64,000 nt of DNA from Selenomonadaceae bacterium (GTDB lineage Bacteria; Bacillota; Clostridia; Oscillospirales; CAG-272): contig CAVBUH010000050.1 of NCBI GenBank assembly GCA_963598415.1, forward strand, positions 14,189 to 78,188, written 5' to 3'. Of the stretch, positions 28,098-36,123 are shown piece after piece. Numbering within the stretch: the first letter of the stretch is position 1; every line of letters starts with the position of its first letter. Position numbers and translations under genes: made by a program. The notes beneath the pieces were generated by a model. The model saw nothing but the letters and a program-made list of their open reading frames with translations. It had not been told where the DNA came from and ran no database searches.

Positions 28098-29090
28098 ATG
28101 GGAATTCTGAGATTCGCAATCGGAGCCAACTACAAAAAATTTTATAAAAACCTAAAAGACATTTCCAAAAAGGAAAACAAAAGTATCGTCGGCATGCTTT
28201 TCGATACCGTTCTCTCTGCCGCTATATTCGGAAGCGGTTTAACCGATTACTTAAACTACGAATTTTATAAAAAATCCTTCCCGGAAAGACGCCGATATGT
28301 GACCATTCGGACACAAGACAGTTTTTACTCCAAAGTCAGTCCTGCCAAATACAAAAAAACCTTCACCGTAAAGCCAAATTTTCTCAAAGAGTTCTCCGCC
28401 TATACAAAAAGACAGTTCATCTATCCCGCAGAAAACGGAATCAACGAGCTGAAAACATTTTTAGATGCAAATCCTATCTTCATGGAAAAGCCGATAGACG
28501 GTCTTGCCGGCAGCCGTGTGATAAAGAAAACCACATCGGAAATTTCCAACGTGGAAACCTATTATCAATATCTTTCCGACAATCACCTTTTTGTGGAGCA
28601 GTATATCATCCAACATGAGAAATTATCGGCTCTCTGCGACAGAAGCGTCAATACCGTACGTGTGATAACATCAAGCACCAGCGGAACACCAAAGATCATT
28701 TTTGCCTGTTTGCGTATCGGAAACGGAAATGCCGACATTGATAATTTTCACGGTGGCGGCATGGCGGTTTTAGTAAACCGAGAAACCGGAACGCTTACCG
28801 GCGACGCTATTGATAAAGCACTGCATCATTATAGAGTTCATCCGGTAAGCAATATTGAGTTTGACGGTTATACGCTTCCGTTTTGGGAAGAAATTTGTAA
28901 TATGGTATGCGAAGCGGCAATGATTGAACCGAAAATCATGGTAATCGGATGGGATGTAGCAATCACCCCGAACGGACCGATGTTTGTCGAAGGAAATCGG
29001 CGTCCCGGCTTTGATTTGGTTCAGATCCTCTGTGGTAAAGGAAGAAAGGATATAATTCAAAACGCAATTACAGAGCTTAAAGAAAGATAA
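28098..29090 (+). CDS. ATP-grasp fold protein (sugar-transfer-associated / TupA-like ATP-grasp family)
   Basis: 330 aa. N-terminal ..LFDTVLSAAIFGSGLTDYLNYEFYKKSFPERRRYVT.., then FMEKPIDGLAGSRV, VEQYIIQH, DNFHGGGMAV and GWDVAIT..GPMFVEGN. Confidence 0.65.
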   Translation: MGILRFAIGANYKKFYKNLKDISKKENKSIVGMLFDTVLSAAIFGSGLTDYLNYEFYKKSFPERRRYVTIRTQDSFYSKVSPAKYKKTFTVKPNFLKEFSAYTKRQFIYPAENGINELKTFLDANPIFMEKPIDGLAGSRVIKKTTSEISNVETYYQYLSDNHLFVEQYIIQHEKLSALCDRSVNTVRVITSSTSGTPKIIFACLRIGNGNADIDNFHGGGMAVLVNRETGTLTGDAIDKALHHYRVHPVSNIEFDGYTLPFWEEICNMVCEAAMIEPKIMVIGWDVAITPNGPMFVEGNRRPGFDLVQILCGKGRKDIIQNAITELKER

Positions 29091-29144
29091 ACATAAAATG
29101 ATAATCAAGCCTCGGCGGTTTCTGATAAATTCGAACTCCGGAGT

Positions 29145-29324
29145 TTAAGTCAGCGCCGCCGGGTTCACGGCTTAGGCCTTGATGGCATATCTGCTTGTCC
29201 CTTTTCCTTCACACTTCAAAAATTCTGTCGGCAGAGGAACCGCCCCTGACTCCTCAATTGGTATCGTTTGACGAAAAATACGACTGCACATTTGCACCTA
29301 CAGAATTGTGCGGTATTACCTTAA
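29145..29324 (+). repeat. family A repeat, copy A7
   Basis: TTAAGTCAGCGCCGCCGGGTTCACGG..CTTCAAAAATTCTGTCGGCAGAGGAACCGCCCCTG..GTGCGGTATTACCTTAA. Confidence 0.8.
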
Positions 29325-29339
29325 TTTTTTAAAAATCTA

Positions 29340-29368
29340 TTGACAAACTATCGATTAGAAATTATAAT
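29340..29368 (+). promoter_or_regulatory. consensus sigma-A promoter of tRNA-Ala
   Basis: TTGACA (29340-29345), exactly 17 nt, TATAAT (29363-29368). The tRNA starts 11 nt downstream. Confidence 0.8.
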
Positions 29369-29379
29369 AATAGATGTAT

Positions 29380-29455
29380 GGGCTTGTAGCTCAGTTGGGA
29401 GAGCGCCGCGTTCGCAACGCGGAGGTCAAGGGTTCGAGCCCCTCCAGGTCCACCA
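29380..29455 (+). tRNA. tRNA-Ala (anticodon CGC), CCA encoded
   Basis: Folded by hand. Acceptor GGGCUUG/CAGGUCC with the G3:U70 Ala identity pair. D arm UAGCUCAGUUGGGAGAGC. Anticodon stem CCGCG/CGCGG with loop UUCGCAA. T loop UUCGAGC. 3' ACCA. Confidence 0.9.
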
Positions 29456-29462
29456 AATCAAT

Positions 29463-29510
29463 AAATCCGAACCATTATCCAATCGGAAACGGGTTCGGAT
29501 TTATTGTTTA
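29463..29510 (+). terminator. terminator hairpin after tRNA-Ala
   Basis: AAATCCGAACC (29463-29473) pairs with GGTTCGGATTT (29492-29502), followed by a T-rich tract. Confidence 0.55.
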
Positions 29511-29865
29511 TATCGAAGAAATCGAGGATTGGTCAACAAAAAAGTTCGCCTCGTTTTTTGACAAGCGAGAGCACCTATATCTGTGGATATTGAGATTAAC
29601 ATTATTCGTAATGCGGAGAATAGCAAGCACAGCCGATGTATATACACACGGAGAAAATGAGCGTTTCGGTTTTGCTGCCGGTACGCTTATTTTGAAATTT
29701 TGGGATAGTCCCAAGCCCTTATTCGTGTTATTGCAAACTACTTATATTATGAATAATTCGACAGACCACTTAGTTTTATTCGCTTTAGCGATTATAATAT
29801 ACAGTGAATAATTGTAATCTGATACGATAATTTAACCGAGAGCAAATCAACCGGGAGGCTTGAAA

Positions 29866-30059
29866 ATGAAATATCTATCCGTTGCTAAAACAGCGGAACG
29901 CTGGGATATCACTCCGCGTCGCATACAGATTTTGTGCAGCGAGGTCGCATACCGGGCGCGGTGAAGATTGGCAACAGATGGGCAATTCCCGACGATAAGC
30001 CAAAGCCTGCCACTCAAGAATCAAGAGCGGAAAATATATCAAGCAGAAGCGAGAGGAAT
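29866..30059 (+). pseudogene. frameshifted small HTH DNA-binding gene (excisionase/MerR-like, mobile-element type)
   Basis: GGGAGG SD then ATG 29866: MKYLSVAKTAERWDITPRRIQILCSE. The reading continues in a second frame as GRIPGAVKIGNRWAIPDDKPKP and in a third as SRIKSGKYIKQKREE*. At least two frameshifts, near 29940 and 30010. Confidence 0.6.
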
Positions 30060-30599
30060 AGCTGGGCCACAGAAAAACAGCAGCGGCTCCAACTCGAAAT
30101 CGTGGTCGCTGTCCGGTAGCCTCCTATGGGAAAAGCCTTGATTTTACGGCGTTTTTTCGGGTATCTTTAACTTAATTTTCCTTGTTCTCCTCATCAGTTA
30201 TCCCCATTTTCTGAGGTCCTGATGTTGAGATAGATTTGGAGACGTATCGAAGTGGTCATAACGGGACTGACTCGAAAATATGGAGCGCATTTCCCTTGCG
30301 GGCGTAAATAGACGCACTTTATAAATCCACAGAATTTTGTCCTTCCGAATCAGAAAGGTCTTTCACGACAATAGTTTTCCTACTGTCAAAGCACGGAGGA
30401 ATATGGTATAGCAGCAATAAACAATCTCATTCGACAGATTGAGGATAAAAATTTGCATGATCGCTTGCAGCAGGATTGAAACATTGAATAACAGACCGTC
30501 CCCCTGCAAGAGAGCATTGGACTCTCTCAGGCGAAGCTTGCCGTTATCGTCCACTGGACGATCGTCTCCCGTCAAATCCTGAAAAAACGCCGACCGGCT

Positions 30600-31832
30600 T
30601 CAAATCCTGACGCCGTCTGAAAATACCGCTTTGATACATCCGTTCAAGGTAAGCCCCAAATAGGGCGTATTCACCGATTTGCTTTTCATTGTATTTGAGG
30701 AAACGACAATTTCCGCGTCAGGATCCGCAAGTGCAAAATCAGCACGCGCTCCGGCTTTCAAAGAACTGTCAAGACCGAGAATCTTTGCCGGATTGAGAGA
30801 AAATAAGCGCGCCAGCAAATCAAGATTTCCGAAACCGCTTTTCACCATATAGGTGATAAACGCGGAGAAAGCGGTGTCAAAGCCCGACGCGCCGAAATAA
30901 CATTTTCGAAGATCCGAGCAATTTTCAGTTCTCGTAAGAGGAGTATGAAGAGAAGTGATACAGTCAACCGTACCGTCTGCCAGGGCTTCCCGTATTGCTT
31001 TGACGTCCTTTGTATTCCTGAGCGGCGGCATAACCTTGGCGCTTCCGCCATAATAAAACATATCACTGTCAGACATGGAATAATAGAGCGCCGATGTACC
31101 GCAGGTAATTTTGAATCCGCGCTGTTTCGCATATCTTATCAGCGCCAGCGTATTTTCACAGCTCACTGCACGAATATGAAGTCTGCAGCCTGTTTCGGCA
31201 GCAAGCAAAATATCCCTGGCGGCCGCAGTGGTCTCTGCGCTCTCCGGAATGATGGGTAATCCGAGAATTCTTGCTGTTTTTCCCGGATTGATAACGCCGT
31301 CCCCGGCAATGCGCTGATCGATACAGGTAGAAATAAAAAGGCTGTCGGAAGCGGCGCAAGCAAGCATAATTTCCCTCATCAGACCGGGATCGGAAATCCA
31401 ATGTCCATTGTCAGAATAAACATTTCTGCCGCATTGCGCTATTTCCGCTGGGGTTCGGGGATAAACCGCCGGTATAATTCTACATCTCGACTCTACCGTC
31501 AAACCTTTCTTCAATGCCATCCCTGCCTCGTCCGGCTCGCAAAGCAAGGTCAAAAAGCCGCCACCGACGGCGGCAGCTCCGGCAGAGGCAATACTGTCGC
31601 GGGAGGGATGCTTCGAATCAAAGAAACGACAGCCAATATCGACAAACGCCGGAAATAAATAGGCTCCTTTCGCATCCGATATTGAGCAGTTCTCCGGAGC
31701 TTTCACCTTTCCGATTTCCGATATTGTTCCTTTGCCGTCGGCATATGAAACGATCACACCTCCGGCTTCAGGAACTCTTCCATCCCCGCGTACAATCCTC
31801 GCATTCTTAATATAAAGCGTTTTTTCGTTCAT
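30600..31832 (-). CDS. dihydroorotase-like amidohydrolase, apparently catalytically degenerate
   Basis: Start ATG 31832 (MNEKTLYIKNARIV) with a GGAG SD. DHOase-like fold signature, but the HxH metal motif is replaced (FPAFVDIGCRF) and later His positions are also lost (HIRAVSC, TCGTSALYY). Confidence 0.7.
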   Translation of the reverse strand: MNEKTLYIKNARIVRGDGRVPEAGGVIVSYADGKGTISEIGKVKAPENCSISDAKGAYLFPAFVDIGCRFFDSKHPSRDSIASAGAAAVGGGFLTLLCEPDEAGMALKKGLTVESRCRIIPAVYPRTPAEIAQCGRNVYSDNGHWISDPGLMREIMLACAASDSLFISTCIDQRIAGDGVINPGKTARILGLPIIPESAETTAAARDILLAAETGCRLHIRAVSCENTLALIRYAKQRGFKITCGTSALYYSMSDSDMFYYGGSAKVMPPLRNTKDVKAIREALADGTVDCITSLHTPLTRTENCSDLRKCYFGASGFDTAFSAFITYMVKSGFGNLDLLARLFSLNPAKILGLDSSLKAGARADFALADPDAEIVVSSNTMKSKSVNTPYLGLTLNGCIKAVFSDGVRI

Positions 31833-31983
31833 TTCAATCTCCATTCCGCCTCCGGAACGGCGGCACAAACAGTAATGAAATTTTGCTGTATTTCCGAAGA
31901 AAATAAAACGGACCGAACCCATTTCTAATGAGAAGTCAGGCAGAAACCGCTGTACGCCATACAAAACAAACACATCTCTCCTA

Positions 31984-32035
31984 TTAAGGCAATACCGCCC
32001 GACCATCGGCTTATATCTTGAGGGCATTATCTTAA
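31984..32035. repeat. family A short copy A8a
   Basis: TTAAGGCAATACCGCCCGACC...GGGCATTATCTTAA. Shares its right TTAA with A8b. Confidence 0.65.
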
Positions 32036-32096
32036 GGCAACACCGCACAATGATTGTTATGCAGTTGCACCGTCAGAATCCAACGTATTACCTTAA
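32032..32096. repeat. family A short copy A8b
   Basis: TTAAGGCAACACCGCACAATGATTGTTATGCAGTTGCACCGTCAGAATCCAACGTATTACCTTAA. Confidence 0.7.
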
Positions 32097-32127
32097 CCTA
32101 TTCTTCGATTCCATATGACATTCGGAA

Positions 32128-32751
32128 TTATTTTATTTCGCTTCCGCCCCATTCGACAACGGTAAAGCCGACACGCTCAAACGGTACAATAACCGGTTCC
32201 TTTACCTGTACCGGTTCAGCTAAGGGTTTATAAACCATAAAAATCCTCAGCAGCGAATCAGGCTCCGGCGTAATTTCCAGCTTTGCGCTGTCGGTATAAG
32301 CTTCCTTCTGGAAAGTGATGAGATTATATGCGTTATTCTGCATTTTGGGAAGCCAGTATACGATAAATTCATTATACTCCCTTGGAACAAGCCCCATTTC
32401 GGAAAGAACCCTTTCTAAGAACGCAGCAGTTTTCTCACCCTCAACCACATAGCCCTCGCTCATATCATATTCGGTATCCGTTACGCCCTCCCAGAAAAGA
32501 TAGGAATATTCGCGCCCTGTATCAGGGACAAGCAGCGTTCCGTCAGGCTTTGCAAGAACTTTCCAGCCGTCGTTATAAGCCGGATAGGTACACGTCAGCT
32601 TTCCGCTGAAATCCAGCCTTACCGAGACTTCAATTTCCGTTTCGGGATAAAGATAAATAACAGGCTTGGCGTCGGTATGTTGATTTGGATCACAGGCAGT
32701 CATTTGCATGAAACAAAGCAAAATAAAGCTCAATATGAAAATTTTTTTCAT
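32128..32751 (-). CDS. lipoprotein of unknown function
   Basis: Signal peptide with lipobox (..FMQMTACDP). 207 aa with no recognisable catalytic motif. Confidence 0.6.
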   Translation of the reverse strand: MKKIFILSFILLCFMQMTACDPNQHTDAKPVIYLYPETEIEVSVRLDFSGKLTCTYPAYNDGWKVLAKPDGTLLVPDTGREYSYLFWEGVTDTEYDMSEGYVVEGEKTAAFLERVLSEMGLVPREYNEFIVYWLPKMQNNAYNLITFQKEAYTDSAKLEITPEPDSLLRIFMVYKPLAEPVQVKEPVIVPFERVGFTVVEWGGSEIK

Positions 32752-32783
32752 AGCAATATCCTCTTAAAAAAGTTAATGTTTTG

Positions 32784-32964
32784 TTAAGGTGTCACCGCCG
32801 GGCTCACGGCTGACGCCTTGACGGCATGTCTGCTTATCCGTTCTCCGTCACATTTCACATTTTTCGTCGACAGAGGAATCTCTCTTGCCTTCTCAATTGG
32901 TATTGTCTGACGAAAAAATCCGGCGGCACAACTGCACAACAATCATTGTACGGTATTGCCTTAA
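32784..32964 (+). repeat. family A repeat, copy A9
   Basis: TTAAGGTGTCACCGCCGGGCTCACGG..CGTCACATTTCACATTTTTCGTCGACAGAGGAATC..CATTGTACGGTATTGCCTTAA. Confidence 0.85.
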
Positions 32965-33004
32965 ATACTTTTTCTGTCAGGAAAGAACTGTAATCCGTTA
33001 TTTC

Positions 33005-33853
33005 CTACCCTTTTAATTCTCCGTACATTTTTTTCATAGCGAGCGCGTCCTCCGCCATAGTACCTGCCGATTCACAGATTATACGGGGAGAAAATCCGTA
33101 TTTACACAACGTCTCGGCAAGAGGGTAAAAATCGGGACCGAAAACCGTATCGGAAAAGGTCAGATGTCTCTTCTCTCCGCCGGAGGTATATTCGATTTTT
33201 GAAAAATGACAGTGAAGATTCCCGGCTTTCTCATCGCCGAGACGTTCTCCTATTTTTTCAAAAACAACTCTGTAATCCTCAGCAGTCACGAAAACTCCCC
33301 CCAAGTCCCGGGCGTTTAGATGACCAAAATCAACAACGGGATAAAGCCTGTCGCTCAAGGTACATAATTCAATCACCTCATCGAGTGTCCCGAGCTGATT
33401 GACCTTTCCCATCGTCTCAAGCCCCAGTCTTACGGGCGTATCAATCTCCTCAAGCGTTTTACAAAGGGTATCTTTGGCAAAATCCATAGCCTCGGCACGG
33501 GTTATTTTCGCGGCGCTTCCGGTATGAATGACAATCAGATCCGCCCCCAAAAGCTCTGCGGCATGAACGCTCTTTCTGATATACTCCACGCTTTTAAGCC
33601 TTGTTTCGGGATTCACTCCCGAAAGCGAGATAAAATACGGGGCATGAAGCGACATGGCGATTCCATGCTTTTTCGCCGCTTCTCCGACGGCGATGAAGTT
33701 CGCATCGGAACCAGTTACACCGTTTCCGCACTGATATTCATAGGCATCAAGCCCAAAATTTTTTACCCATTCGGGCGCCTGGCGCGTGCTTTTATTTCCC
33801 TGGGCATAGAAGCTCTCGGAGTTTCCGCCCGGACCGAACTTTGGTTCCGACAT
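33005..33853 (-). CDS. TIM-barrel endonuclease IV-like (AP endonuclease 2 / xylose isomerase-like) protein
   Basis: Motifs LHAPYFISL, VIHTGS, LETMG, DFGHLNA and HCHFSKIEY resemble Nfo family metal ligand positions. Confidence 0.75.
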   Translation of the reverse strand: MSEPKFGPGGNSESFYAQGNKSTRQAPEWVKNFGLDAYEYQCGNGVTGSDANFIAVGEAAKKHGIAMSLHAPYFISLSGVNPETRLKSVEYIRKSVHAAELLGADLIVIHTGSAAKITRAEAMDFAKDTLCKTLEEIDTPVRLGLETMGKVNQLGTLDEVIELCTLSDRLYPVVDFGHLNARDLGGVFVTAEDYRVVFEKIGERLGDEKAGNLHCHFSKIEYTSGGEKRHLTFSDTVFGPDFYPLAETLCKYGFSPRIICESAGTMAEDALAMKKMYGELKG

Positions 33854-33875
33854 AGTGATTCCCTCTTTCCTTCTT

Positions 33876-34550
33876 TTACTGTATTTTTACCGTACTGTCG
33901 ATTTCAAGAATCTCAAGCTCCACACCGGAGTAGCTTCCCCGGAACGGCAGTCTGGCATACACGGAAACCGTATCTCCGTATTCACAGACCTTTTCAACAT
34001 GGCAAAGATACTGCGTATGCGCCTCCTCGGAATCCTCTTTTATTGCAGGAATCGAAAAAGTCTCCGACACATCCCCGATGGAAAGGCGGCATCCGCTTCT
34101 GCTTCCCATATAAAGCGAATGATAGTCAAGATACAGCAGCACCGTCACTCTGACTTTTCCGTTCTCCTCCCTAACGCCTCTGCATTCCGCGCGAAGGTTG
34201 AGCGGTGTTCCGGTATCGGATCTCAGCGTCTTGCTGAAGCTGAAATCGGAAGGTATGGTTGTCTCTTCCGAAGACGGGAACGTTTCTTCTTCCGAGGATA
34301 CCGTACCGGAGTCCGTTGTATCCTGCACCGTGTCGGAGGAATTGGTATCCGAAGAATCAGTGCTGTCCGGTTTGTTGATCGGATCGGTGCCGGACGAGTC
34401 ATCTTTCTCCGTTGAGGAGGGTTTCTCGGTGTCTCCCGTCCCGTCACCGTTTTGCTCCGTCCGGCGCGTAATAATCAGAATGGATGTCAGAAGGAGTATC
34501 AGTATTACAAGAAGTGTGATAATCACTTTTACAGCATTTCTCATTTGCAT
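33876..34550 (-). CDS. membrane-anchored protein with S/T/D-rich linker, unknown function
   Basis: N-terminal TM (VKVIITLLVILILLLTSILIIT), a low-complexity acidic S/T region, then a C-terminal globular part. Confidence 0.5.
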   Translation of the reverse strand: MQMRNAVKVIITLLVILILLLTSILIITRRTEQNGDGTGDTEKPSSTEKDDSSGTDPINKPDSTDSSDTNSSDTVQDTTDSGTVSSEEETFPSSEETTIPSDFSFSKTLRSDTGTPLNLRAECRGVREENGKVRVTVLLYLDYHSLYMGSRSGCRLSIGDVSETFSIPAIKEDSEEAHTQYLCHVEKVCEYGDTVSVYARLPFRGSYSGVELEILEIDSTVKIQ

Positions 34551-34839
34551 AAGGTAATTTCCTCCTTAATAAAATTAAAATAGGCAATTGTAAAACTCTG
34601 TTGTACAATTGGTCGCGCTACCAACTGAGCTAACGAGGAATATATAGGGGCTGCACAAATTTGGATTCCCCCCGTTTAGATTCCTCCGTTCCATTTTCAG
34701 GCTTTTTCACGGAGCAAATTAGTCCGGTTGCCTTACCTATTAAACTGCCGAGGAATATCAAATTTTGGGGAGAGCTCAAACTCTTTTGTCCTCCCGTGCG
34801 GCGCAGCCACACCGTTTTCGTCAGTGGTAACAGGCTTAA

Positions 34840-34976
34840 TTCGCCCTGCGGCAGGTTACTACACGCTTACCGACACAATCAACCATCACAGATTTTGGAT
34901 TGCTCCCCTCAGTGTGCGCCCCCGCTTTACTCGTCTTACAGTTTTTTCAGCAGAGAATCCGCTGAAAATCGAAATG
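34840..34976 (+). repeat. family D repeat, copy D1
   Basis: CTGCGGCAGGTTACTACACGCTTACCGAC...CAGCAGAGAATCCGCTGAAAATCGAAATG is collinear with 57041-57182. Confidence 0.7.
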
Positions 34977-34979
34977 AAA

Positions 34980-35157
34980 TTAAGGCAGCGCCGCAAAGCT
35001 CACAGCTTGCGCCTTGGTGGTATATCTGCTTGTCCATTTTCCTTCATACCTCACAAATTACGTTGGTAGAGGAGCCGACTCCTGCCTCCTTAATTAGTAT
35101 CGTTTGACGAAAAATATGACTGCGTATCTGTACTGCTGGACCCCAGCAAGTATTGCC
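34980..35157 (+). repeat. family A repeat, copy A10
   Basis: TTAAGGCAGCGCCGCAAAGCTCACAG..CCTCACAAATTACGTTGGTAGAGGAGCCGACTCCTGCC..AGCAAGTATTGCC. Confidence 0.8.
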
Positions 35158-35211
35158 AAAAATATGCCGTCTTTTACAAACGGATAAAAATGAAAACAGA
35201 CCACGCGGCTC

Positions 35212-35982
35212 TCAGCCGTCGGAAAGAAAAGCTTTTATACCCGCTGCAATTCCCTGCGCCTCAGCAGCAAGCCACTCTTCATCGAGAAGCTTTTCCGCAT
35301 CGGACTGATTTGAGACAAAAAGCGTCTCAAGCAGTACCGACGGCGCTTCGGTATATTTTATTACATAGAAAGCATTCTCATACTTCATGGGGTAAAGCGT
35401 CGGGTAATCTTCATGGACGCCGGCAATTCCGTCGGAGATGGATTTGGCAAGAAAATAGTTATAGCCTGAGCCCTCTGAGCAGAAATAAATCCTCGAACCG
35501 TTCACAGACGAATCGGTAAAGGAATTGCAGTGAAGGCTTATATAAAGATCGGTGCTTTCATCGGCATTTGCCGCCGCAGACCGCTCTTGATACGGATAGT
35601 CTCCCTTTTCCGAAGGAACGGTATTCTCGTCCCATGTCAATATAACGGTATACCCGTATTTCTCAAGCTCCTCCTTCAAAAGGCGGCTTAAGCGGTAGTT
35701 GATATCACTCTCGGTAAACTCCCCCAGAAAATCCGATACCGCACCGGGATCGCTTCCGCCGTGACCGGGATCGACACGAATAACGATCTGACCGTCTTCG
35801 TCTCTGTAATGGGCATACTCCGCGTTTTTGCTTACGGTAAAAAAAGCCACAGCTTTTCTGTAAAGCGCCGCCACCTGAGGACGAAAAACCGTAAGACCTG
35901 CAAAAACCACAGCAAAGCATATTACCGTTACCGCAAGAATAACCGGCAGCGCCTTCCATCTTTTTAAATTCAAGATTTTCAT
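35212..35982 (-). CDS. N-acetylmuramoyl-L-alanine amidase (Amidase_3, CwlD-like)
   Basis: N-terminal TM, then ..IRVDPGHGGSDPGAVS.., ..ISLHCNS.., ..LLETLFVSN.. zinc-amidase motifs. Confidence 0.85.
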   Translation of the reverse strand: MKILNLKRWKALPVILAVTVICFAVVFAGLTVFRPQVAALYRKAVAFFTVSKNAEYAHYRDEDGQIVIRVDPGHGGSDPGAVSDFLGEFTESDINYRLSRLLKEELEKYGYTVILTWDENTVPSEKGDYPYQERSAAANADESTDLYISLHCNSFTDSSVNGSRIYFCSEGSGYNYFLAKSISDGIAGVHEDYPTLYPMKYENAFYVIKYTEAPSVLLETLFVSNQSDAEKLLDEEWLAAEAQGIAAGIKAFLSDG

Positions 35983-36123
35983 TTTCGGTTCAAGATAAAC
36001 GTATATTCCTCTCTGTGTTTATTACGGCGAAAACGGATCGAACAGAGTATTTCCGGCATTCTCCGCATCTGATCCCTGTGACGGAAAATTACGAAAAAAG
36101 TTCCCTTTTGTCATCCCCGCCAT

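Noticed and set aside
30363-30575. 70-aa minus-strand ORF next to the DHOase-like gene.
   Set aside because: There is no SD and the composition is odd. It lies in the decayed remnant region. It could be a gene fragment, but I cannot assign it.
34648-34990. tmRNA, because of the start GGGGCTGCACAAATTTGGATTCCCCCCG, which resembles the tmRNA 5' end. RNase P or SRP RNA on the minus strand was also considered.
   Set aside because: There is no tRNA-like 3' end (T arm plus CCA) within 300-400 nt. The GGAAAGTCCGG (RNase P) and GGAAGCAGCC (SRP) signatures are absent. The distal third is a dispersed repeat (family D) also found at 57041-57182.
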